From positions 372,001 through 436,000 of the forward strand of contig JALMLS010000064.1 in NCBI GenBank assembly GCA_038496445.1: a stretch of DNA of 64,000 bases, in the 5' to 3' direction. Shown piece after piece: positions 54,501-64,000 of this stretch (position 1 is its first letter; every line of letters begins with the position of its first letter). The notes under the pieces were generated by a model. The model was not told the DNA's origin. It did no database searches and was given only the letters and a program-made list of their open reading frames with translations. The translations under genes and the position numbers were made by a program. The stretch comes from Trichosphaerium sp. ATCC 40318. Its lineage: Eukaryota; Protista; Tubulinea.

Positions 54501-55901
54501 CTACATACAAAGGAAATAACCTTTAAGGACGAGAAGGGTACTTTAAAAGTTTTTTTTTCGTATTTGTTGTTTCTTATTTTTTTGGTTTAGCCTTCAAGAT
54601 ACATCTACCTCAAGGGTTTAAATCAGTCTTGTATGATCCAGACAAGACAGTTCGTCAAGTGCTTGGAAAAGCATTTGCTACACGACAGGATATATCACTT
54701 GATAAGTTCATTGCCAAGGATCCAAGTGGCAATGAAATCGACCTGGATATAACCTTACGGCAGTATGGTAAAAATGACATAATGTTTAGAGAGAAGAGAA
54801 AGGGTGACAAGAGTGATAAGAGTGAAAAAAGTATTGACTTTAAAGATAAAAAGGAGTCAAAGGAAAAATCTGCCAAGTCCGAAAAGAGGTTAAACAAATT
54901 TCCACTTGAGAAAGCGGGTTCTGGAAAGATCAATACAAAGGCTGATAAAGACAAACACACAAAGTCTGATAAAGACAAGTCTACAAAGGCCGACAAGGAC
55001 AAATCCGCCAAGTCTGAAAAAGACAAATCAACAAAGGCTGAAAAAGATAAATCAACAAAGGCTGAAAAGGACAAATCAACAAAGGCTGATTATAAGGATA
55101 AATCTACAAAATTGGACAAATCCACAAAATTCGAAAAGGATAAATCCACAAAGGCCGAAAAGAGATCAAAGAAGGAATTTCCGCTTGAAAGAGGTAATTC
55201 TGGAAAGGTGAACACAAAAAGTAGTCTAAAGGAAAAAGACAAAAAATACAGTAAGCAGTAGAGAAAAAAAATGAAAGAAAAAAAAAAAACAAAGAAATAT
55301 TTATCTCAACCATGACTTCCTTTTACTTTTTTTTTTTGATTCAAAGAAAACATCTCATTTACTCGCTCGTGTTTAGTTGAAGCATAATAAAGAATCTCAA
55401 TTGTTGTTGATACTTACAGTGCTTCAACTTCTCAAAAGGGTGTCTTTTTTTTTTTCTCGTGCAATTTGATTTCTTTGCTTGTATACTTCTTCTTTATTAC
55501 TATTATGTATCTATCTGTATTTTAGAACAACAGCGTCTTTCAGTTTCGGCACCAGCAACACCGCGTAAAAGAACGGAGTTAAAAATGTTTTCAATACATC
55601 TATCAAACGGTCAAATAAGGTACCTGCGTTGAACTGGTTAGTTAGCGTTTGTTTGTGGGAGATTTTTCCAACGCACTGATTTTTTAGCTCTCGGCAGTAT
55701 GAGTTACACAAGGACAAGCCCCTACGTGTTATATTGGAGAGGTTGTGTGCGTCTCGAGTAGATGTCTCAATGTCTTTTGAAGCAAGAGATTTTGAAGGTC
55801 ATCTTCTCAACATTGATATGTCAATGGCAGAACTAGGTGTTCGTAATATATCGTTTACAAAACCAACAAAAGGGAAAAGAGCAAAAGAGAAATCACAATG
55901 A
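48595..55901 (+). CDS. RalGAP-beta-like Rap/Ran-GAP-fold protein with three C-terminal Ras-binding (ubiquitin-like) domains
   Basis: N-terminal MFLSW...VQWAMECIGQAFALPL, GNTLLHIFGGWLFEA, GKYVW, YQDFISGLGW.V.LAEHSGYTGSL, PYYADYRTEVIFLVATLM, GPL; three (F/L).IHLP/S repeats; stop at 55899-55901. Confidence 0.85.
54940..55160 (+). repeat. Coding minisatellite, 24-nt unit (DKSTKAEK), about 9 degenerate copies
   Basis: Repeated gacaaatcaacaaaggctgaaaa variants, flanked by two copies of FPLE..(S)GK.NTK. Confidence 0.9.
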
Positions 55902-56190
55902 GAAAATGAAAAAAAAAAAAAAATAAACAATGTCAGCTGAAGATTATCGATGAGTAGTTGGATGTGACACTTCTTGACATCCTTTTATTCCTTTTATTTA
56001 CATCATTATCGCTTTTTGAAATAGTCTAAAGCGTCTTCCGCTCCTAGTAAGCGAGGTGACTGAGTTGTATGATAAAACTATTGTATCGGTAAAAGTAAGG
56101 CAAGCAACTTCCCTGTCACCGCGTACAACTATCCTATGTTTCTGTTGTGTTGTGTATTCAAAAGTACTCGTTTTAAAAACCGTTTCTGCT

Positions 56191-56720
56191 ATGTCTTTCA
56201 TTGGTTACATTCTTGGTGGAACCCTTCTTGTTTATTCCACTTGTATGTGTTTTTTAGGCCGTACGCTTGTGCAACACGCCAAGGAACTACTTATTATTAT
56301 AAAAGGAAGTAGTTTCTCGGATTTACAGCATTTTTACCGTTGTTCACTGTTATTTGCTCGTTTCTTGTTTTTTTAGGAACGCGTATAGTACACCTTAGAA
56401 CATTGCGAACTTTTCGAAATGATTTAGGAACACCATTAAGCTGTTTATCTACGTATGCATACAAATTTCTTGAACTATTCTTAATTGAAATTAGGGAACT
56501 TCCTGACATTTCATTCACTGTCCATAAAGTACAAGGTATACGCAAAAGCCAGAATATTGTATCTGTTCATATTACAGACGCTGCTTTCTCAGTGTCAGTT
56601 TCTTGTTATTTTACACAAGCAAAGAGAAGAAACTGCAGAGACTTGTATGATTTGGTAGAGGGCCAAGTCGGCACTCTAAATCTACCTGTCACACCACGTG
56701 CTCGTAATGTATACTGTTGA
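56191..56720 (+). CDS. Small hypothetical multi-exon protein (5' structure uncertain)
   Basis: In-phase GT-AG junctions give TRIVHLRTLRTFRNDLGTPLSCLSTELPDISFTVHKVQDAAFSVSRRNCRDLYDLVEG...*. Confidence 0.35.
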
Positions 56721-57053
56721 TTCTAACCAATAAACAAGCTTTCAAAGCCTTTTCTTTTCCTTTGCCATTTAACCTGAGTAGCAGGTACTACTGTGTTTTA
56801 GTTCCAAAAGTTAATAATAAAAACATGCGCAACTTTTCCTAGAACCAAGTTTTGATGCTAAAAAATTTGCCTTGTCAACTCTTAATGCTTTGACAGACAC
56901 GCATAGGCGAGCGTTGTCAATACAAATAACGAAGATACCTTCTAACCATACAACAATAGGATCTACAATCATGAACGAAGGTACTTTTTTATTTACGTTG
57001 GCTGCAAAAAATAACAAAGAATGTAATGTTACATTGCTGTGAGTATATGTCAT

Positions 57054-57642
57054 GTCATATATATTGTATCATTTAATCTACTTGCAGATATCTTACACAT
57101 AGAATCTAGTATTAAATGTGCTTCCTCTGTTACATGCTTACTCTGTCTTGCTATATTTTGTTTTGTTTTCATGATTATAGTTGATATATTATTATATTGA
57201 TTAATCACAATAAGCTTTGCTAGTTCCATTTTATCTGGATGATTTCCATTCTTAAATGGTTTATCATTACCACACTACAACAAGTATCAGTAAAACAATC
57301 ATTTAAGGTATACAAATGAGCACAATAGACTTTGAAGTAAAGTTTTTAGTTAAAAAAGTAACTCTTTTGAGTTTGTATTCAAATGTTGTTAAGGCACCCT
57401 CACAAAGAACAAATTGGTTAATTTTAGGCGATGCCGTTAGTATTGAGATTAAAAAAAAGACGAAACGTACTTGTGGTATCACACTTCGTAGTGAATTTGC
57501 TTCCTAAAGGATATTGACTTTTTTCATTAGGTTGCTATTTCCGTACTGCTTTAACACGTCGAACCACATCATGTGTTACACGCACGTGCGTTATTGTAAG
57601 CCAATTTGTTCTTTTGTATACTAAGTAACGTAAGTTACCCAT
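57054..57642 (-). CDS. Small hypothetical multi-exon protein
   Basis: MGNLRYLVYK...|EANSLRSVIPQ|...; last exon open for about 70 codons (CGNDKPFKNG...TIYMT*); one junction unresolved. Confidence 0.3.
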
Positions 57643-57712
57643 TACTCTATCACATAATCCATATATCTCCGATCGCAGTGTATCTAAAGCTCTAAGTCGA
57701 AAAGTGTGAGTT

Positions 57713-58496
57713 TTAATTTATCTTCATTTTCTCTGTGTACTTGTCAATGACTGGTGCGTTTGATTCCTTTATGTGTATTGGTCTCTGTAAAGTATCCATA
57801 GTTGATGGACTTGGCTTTACACTCATCTGGGATCGAGTGGTGCTAGAATTTCTACAAGAAACCGAAATGAGCTTAAATAGGAAAAAAACTACTCGTTTTG
57901 GCAATTAAACATACGCTACTTCTTCGTCCATTACTTCCAGCTCTTCTATTTCCCTCTCAAATTCATCCAGTAGTGTTGACACGTCTGATATCGACGACTC
58001 AACTGAAAAAAAAATAACATTAGATGAAAGCTCGTAATCATACTTGTGAGCTTGTTTTCTTTGCGTTGTCATCAAGTTTAATTAGGAAGTTTGGTTGAAC
58101 GACAAAAAAAGTCCTACGATTTTTGTAGATTGTACCTCTAGCTGGCTTGTGGTTGAACTTCAATTCGTGTTTCTCATACCTATATTACATGATTAAACGG
58201 TATAGTACAATTGGTGATGTAATTACCACTTTTGTCCACCTTTACTTTGGGCCATTTGCGTAGCTTCCCATTCCGCTTGCTCTCTCTAACGTTTGCGTTA
58301 AACTTATAACAAAATCTACGTAGTTGTACGTCTGCTTGTGCTCTAGTTATATCTTTAGCACCTACAAGCACAGGCGAAGGTCCTATACATCAATTACACA
58401 AAAAAACGTAGTGAGTTTTATCATACCGGCTTCTTCTACGTAGTCTGAAGAGGACATCTTCATGAGTCCCTTAACATCGTATTCTTTCTTCTTCAT
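57713..58496 (-). CDS. Hypothetical protein (charged, coiled-coil-like)
   Basis: MKKKEYDVKGLMK...REQAEWEATQMAQSKGGQKWYEKHELKF...LDEFEREIEELE...KMKIN*, joined by GT-AG introns. Confidence 0.55.
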
Positions 58497-58648
58497 TTTG
58501 CGCTAGCTTGTTGTAATTTGAAAAATGTGCTAATTTCCTAGCAAGTCATAAAAAGGTATCTAACCCACGGAGCAAAAATCAACCCCACTGTGTATTGGCT
58601 CAGCGGAAATATATTAAAGTCTACAAGCATACTTATTAAACACTTATA

Positions 58649-61184
58649 ATGAATACGTACGTTTAAATGCTTTGATGCTTATATTAAAGTATAATGGAGC
58701 GCTATTGCAATTCTGGCAGGCTATAAAAACATCCTATTTTTGATAATCGAAGATTTAATGATGCTGATTACCTTTTAGTACTCTATGGCATGAAAGAATA
58801 GATCCTACAACATCAAAAGTATTTTTTGGAAGCTCACAAACTGGAGTTTGCCAATGGACTAAACCAACCGAGGGAGTAACGTACGACGCTAAATTGACAA
58901 TAAAAATTCAAAATTTAAGCGTTTTCAAAGGACCAAAGCAGCGCCTGCTTATTTTGCGTTGTGGGAAGAAACGTACAAAATTCCCTTCTTCGTTGACAAT
59001 AAAACAAACGAGAAATCATGGCAACTCCCCGAGGTATTTTCATCCCAACGATTTTTTTGATTTCGAAAAGCTTAAAACCACTTCCTTATAGGGCATGTTT
59101 GCTATACCATTCTCATCGTGGGATGATAGCTTCATGAATAAGTACTTGGCCGAAGAGAAAAAGCCACCTCCTCAGCCAATCGCTAAAATCCCACAAAGGG
59201 ATTCACTACAGCAACAGCAGCATTCAGTAAGTGCTGCTTCGATTAACAGTAGAACAAAAAAGGATTCTGTATGTCACTCTTCTCACGTACAGTTGACGCA
59301 ATTAACACTTTGTTTAGGCATCTACTATACAAAAGAGGAGATCATTCGGTAGTTCAAGTAGTGGTAATGTACGCGCTGGTTCTATCAGCCTATCACCTGG
59401 ACAGCCCCGTGCAAACACGTCAAAGTCATCAAAACAAAATTTTCGCTCTGTACGTTGATAAGAAATCAAAAAAAAAAACCAAACAGTTGACATGTTGATT
59501 TCTTACTATTGGTATAGACAGTGGCTGTAATGACAAATGCGAATGCTCATCCTAGCCTTGCTACATCACCTCGCATAAAGAATGAGTTGAAAGAAGGTAC
59601 AGATATTATATATGAAGGAAGTTTATTTGTTGCTTATTTTTCATTCAGAGATCAACTTGTTTCAGTTGCAAGGTTATGCACAAAAGTATTTTAAAACCAA
59701 AAAACGTGGTATCCTAAGACGTAAAGTACCTGTTGACGAGATGTTAAAATGGCAGGCTGTACGTTTCCCGTTAAACAACAACACGACTGTTTTTTGTTTT
59801 GCTTATTTTTTGTTTTTTTTAGACTGCCATCTCTGCTCCTCTATTGAAGCTTAAGTCTTCTCTTGCTAAAGTTGCTGTATCTAACTTTAAGAGCTTAATG
59901 ATGTACATGGGTGATAGACCTTCTAAAATGAATGTAAATGTACTGGCACAGAGGATGATCGAAAGAGCCATAAAAACCCCTGAAATGAGGGATGAGATGT
60001 ATTGCCAGGTTTGTAAGCAACTCAATGGCAATCCGAATGAGTACGATTAAATCATTTTATTGTTCACTGCTCACTATGTCTTAGAGATAGTCTCAGCAGA
60101 GGATGGGGTCTAATGTGTATATTCACAACTACATTCCCTCCAAGTCGTAATTTGGAGTCGTTTTTAACAAAGTATTTGAGCGAGCATTTAAAAATGCCAG
60201 ATGAGCGTCTAGCTAAGTGTGCCAAGTACTGTGGACGCTGGCTCAGTAAAGTAACACTAGGAGGTACTCATTGATGGTATATTGGCTATCACTTACCTTC
60301 TTCAATAGGTGTTAAAGTAGCTCGACCATCTTCAAAGGACTTGCAAGCCATTACAGTGCGTCATCTTTTTTTTTGCAAGAAGATTTAGTTTATTTTACTC
60401 ACCAATGCTTAGGAGGCTCCTTTTAAGTATGTGTTGTTCGGTAGCAGTCTAGAGAGTACTATGCATGTACAAGGTCAAACACGACCTGAATTAGAACTTC
60501 CTCTTGTTCTTACTAGTATTTGTGATAAGATTAAAGAATGTGGTGGATTTCAAACCGAGGTATTCAAAAAAAAACTTTGACACAAGAACTTGTGTGTGGT
60601 TCTGACAAGTGATTAGGGCTTGTTTCGTGTTCCAGGAGACGCTGCTCAAATGCGTCTTTTGAAAGATCAGCTTAATGCTGGTGATTACACTTTAGATTGT
60701 GATGATACTTTCACTCTTGGATCTCTATTGAAGCTATACTTGAGGTACCTAGTCTTTTTTTGGACAGTGTCAATTTGATGAAAGGATTTACTTTATTTTT
60801 TAGAGAGCTAGAAGATCCTCTCTTTGTCGATAGTGTATACGATGAGTGTATCAATTGCGGTAAAACTGATAATGCTATTGGATGCATGGCAGTCATGAAT
60901 CAACTACCTGAAATTAACCAAAAGGTATAGTTGAGGTTTTCTGTCTAAAACCAAGTTTTTTCTGAAAGAGATTTTTTTTTTAGGTTGCTTTTTACATTCT
61001 CGACTTTTTGTACGATCTATCAAAACCTGAGCACGTTGCACGTACAAAAATGCCTGTTGAGAATCTGGCTTTGGTTCTTGCACCAAGTTTCTTACGTTGT
61101 CCTTCTGAGAAAAATTCTATGACAAACTATAAACACGAACAAACGTTTCTGCGATGTTTAATACTGGGACAGAGCATGCAGTAA
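58649..61184 (+). CDS. ARHGAP39: WW-WW-MyTH4-RhoGAP (ARHGAP39/Vilse-like)
   Basis: WHERIDPTTSKVFF...CQWTKP plus a second WW-like segment (...SWQLPE); MyTH4 YMGDR, MRDEMYCQVCKQL, RGWGLM..FPPS; RhoGAP EGLFRVPG, SLLKLYLRELEDPL, TKMPVENLALV.AP. Confidence 0.9.
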
Positions 61185-61566
61185 AGTGTAATCTACAATA
61201 TTTGTGACATAAAAATAAAAAATAAAGTAATCCCTCCAAATATTACCTCTATTCATCATCTTTCGCGTATTATTACGTTTTATCTGTAGTACTATACTTG
61301 GAAAAGCGGTTTAGGAGCATACTTGGAAAAGAGTTGCGAGTTAAAGGGAGAAAGTTGTCATTTTACTAAAATGGAAAAATTGAGTTTTCTGAGCTCTTAA
61401 TTTACTTGAGAAAATGCTCGGTTTGGGTCTATGAGCAACACTGGGGAGCGTGTCATATCGTGCACACTGTGCGGCACAGTACCTTGGTTGACTTTCTGTG
61501 AAAGCTTCGCAAAGATTGGGGAACTATAAACTCAAAGGTGACGCCGAAAACACGCTAGTATTCAAA

Positions 61567-64000
61567 ATGGCGGAACCAAAAAAGCGCAGCAGCATCTCTA
61601 TTGCTATACCAGAGACTGATAGAAAGTCTGGAGCTAATGGAAAGCCTTTTACTGTACGTGTAGAAACATTATTCGTTGTTGAATGTAGTTGTAGGTTTTT
61701 TGTATTACCTTGAAGGTAGACGACAAGAAATGGAAGGTTTGGAAGCGGTTTTCCGATTTTGCGCAACTACATAACTGGGTACACTTGTTTAACGCACTAA
61801 CAAGCTCTGACGCCAACGTAGGTTAAAGAAAATTATCCAAATAGCGTAAAAGGTCTTGGACAGTTTCCATCCAAATTCACATGGTTTAAAAGCGCTGATT
61901 CTGTTGATGAACAACGCAAAGGAATATTACCAGACTATCTACAAAAATTGGTTAAGGTCCCAGAGCTTTACAAGGCATTCGAAGTGCAACAGTTTCTCCA
62001 AATCAAACAACACGTAAGTATAAACGCATTTGGCAAGTCCATTTCCTCTTCCAAGCAAAAAAACTAAGACAATTTTACGAGAATTAAAACCTTAACGGAT
62101 GTCTTTTTTACGTTATTTAACGTTCTATTAGATATACGGTACAATAAAATTTGGAGCACAACAAGGTCAGCTTTGGATTAAATTGATAGAATGTAAAGAA
62201 CTCACTGGTGACCCAAAACAAGGTATAATTTTGTATTTCAGTGCTTTTCTTTCTTGTTTGGAATGGAGGAAAATATCTCAAAAATTCTGTTAAAAATTGA
62301 CGTGTTTTGTAGAGTCTGTTGTCCTTCTTCAGTCTTTAGTGCCTTTAAGCTCTAATACAAAAGCACGTAAAGCCCTAGAGAGTGAGAAGTTCCCTGGCGC
62401 TATTGCTCCTGTTGTACGTGCTGAGTTTTTTGACGAAACTTTTTGTTAACAAGAACTAGTTCAATGATGAGTATATTCTATCTATTACAGATCGTACACT
62501 TCCTATCTTATTTAAAGTATTCGCTTGTCGTACATTCAAGGCAAATATTCCTCTTGGACGTACAGAATTTGATTTACATGGTTTAAAAGACCATGAACTT
62601 CAAGATCTTTGGTTCAAACTATCGGTACGTGGTTAACGCTTGTAGTAAAATTCATTGAAAGCTACACGTCATTTTGAGAATCAAAGATACTGAAATTTGC
62701 TCTTAGGATGCTACAGCTGGTAGTTTAAGGGCACTATTCCGTTTTACGCCAATGCCAGTGTCAAGTCATAGAAAAGAGCAGTCATACATCAAACTACCTA
62801 AATTCCGTCTAGTTCTAGATAGAGGAACCTTCTATCCCGGTGAGGTATGTTATTGCAAACGTTTGCTTCTATTTCTTCGTTTTTTTCTACAAAGAGCTCA
62901 AATGATTAGCTCGTCACTGGTATGGTTGTATGGAACGTTGGTAAGCCTAAAAAGGCCAGAAATGTATACGTCGAGTTTAGGGGTTATCAAAAAACATGGT
63001 GGCAAGAACACTACCAAGAGAACTACAGAGATGCAAATGGTAACATGGCTACACGTACAAAAACAGTAACCTACACGGAAACATACTACTTTTATGATGT
63101 CCGCTTGGTTCTATGGAGTGGTCAAGGCGCTGTACGTTAAAAATAATCACAAACAAGTAGTTTACGTGCTTACTTTCTGTTGTAGAAACAAATAGGCAGT
63201 GGCAGCTACGTGTGGCCATTCTCCTTCCAATTACCTCTTAATCTACCACCTACATTCAGATCTCACTCTGGGTATGCTTTCGATTACTTTTTAAACTTCA
63301 TAATCACTTTTGTGTTCTTATTTCTTTTTAGATGGAATACTTATACTTGCTGTGCACATATTGATAGACCAATGGGTATCGATAAGAAAATACACTCTGA
63401 ACTTGACATCAAAGTGAACTACCAAAGGTAACTTAATTACACCGACTTAGCCTATTTTTACATTTTGTTCGCTCTTCGTCAGTTTGTTAACTTCTTTCGT
63501 CATAGTTTCTTCCCAGAACCTCTTATTACAATGAGATCAAAACATCTTCCTTTCAGAAGTGCAGGTGAAGTTATTAACATGCAAGCATACATGTCTGATA
63601 ATGTTGCTTACATTGGGCAAAATCAAACATTGTACCTTGTCATCGATAACCACTCTTCTAAGATGGTGAAATATGCTAAAGTACATCTTCATGGATACAA
63701 AAAGTGCTATGCAAGAGGAAGACACAAGCACTTTGAATTTTCTCCATTCAGAGATACTATTAAAGGTAAACAAACTTTTTTCATTTGGTTTTTTGTTGCT
63801 CACTATTATTTTGTTTCAGCCGGATTCCCTGTTCCACCTGGTTCTCAACAATCCTTCGCTATCACGTTCCCTATCCCATTCCAATCACCTCCATCATTAT
63901 CAGCCATGAACTCCCCTCTTATTCGTATACATTATGAGCTACATGTAACTTGCGGTGTATCAGGTAAATAGCTTACTAATTATCTTATCTTTTCTTTACT
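61567..64000 (+). CDS. PX + C2 + arrestin-domain protein (runs off the window end)
   Basis: PX: KPFTVFCI..WKVWKRFSDFAQLH..FPSK..EQRK..L..YLQ; C2: GQLWIKLIEC..FNDEY..LGRTE..WFKL; arrestin: FYPGE.VTG, WPFSFQLPLNLPPTF, IDRP, IRIHYEL. Confidence 0.87.

Noticed and set aside
61295-61500. ATACTTGGAAAAG direct repeat and CATTTTACTAAAATG resembling U5 loop I
   Set aside because: The invariant GCCUUUUAC and an Sm site are absent; only two short repeats, so not a CRISPR array.

Overview
AT-rich, gene-dense eukaryotic DNA with many short spliceosomal introns, so the supplied ORF track breaks every gene into pieces. I rebuilt the gene models by hand from GT/GC-AG boundaries. The GbpD-like RasGEF and the multidomain arrestin point to an amoebozoan protist (inference). 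About 25 genes are present: urocanate hydratase, two PA-domain 7TM receptor-like genes, NVL/Rix7 AAA ATPase, a giant helical-repeat protein, an R3H protein, MORN and F-box proteins, TMEM144, a TauD dioxygenase, a PIP-box protein, a sorbosone-dehydrogenase-like propeller, an EGF/ZP-like surface protein, an acid-ceramidase-like hydrolase, an intronless ankyrin gene, and a roughly 23-kb block of small-GTPase and trafficking genes (degenerate Rab32-like, GbpD-like GEF, RalGAP-beta-like with 3 RBDs, ARHGAP39-like, PX-C2-arrestin). The best novelty candidate is the spliced gene at 16778-18599(-), largely invisible in the ORF track, which fuses R3H to a compact domain carrying polymerase-palm-like motifs. 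Also notable are at least six probable GC-AG introns, a candidate 3-nt microexon, a pseudo-GTPase Rab, and a ZP-like architecture outside animals. I found no tRNA, rRNA, CRISPR array or clear transposon.
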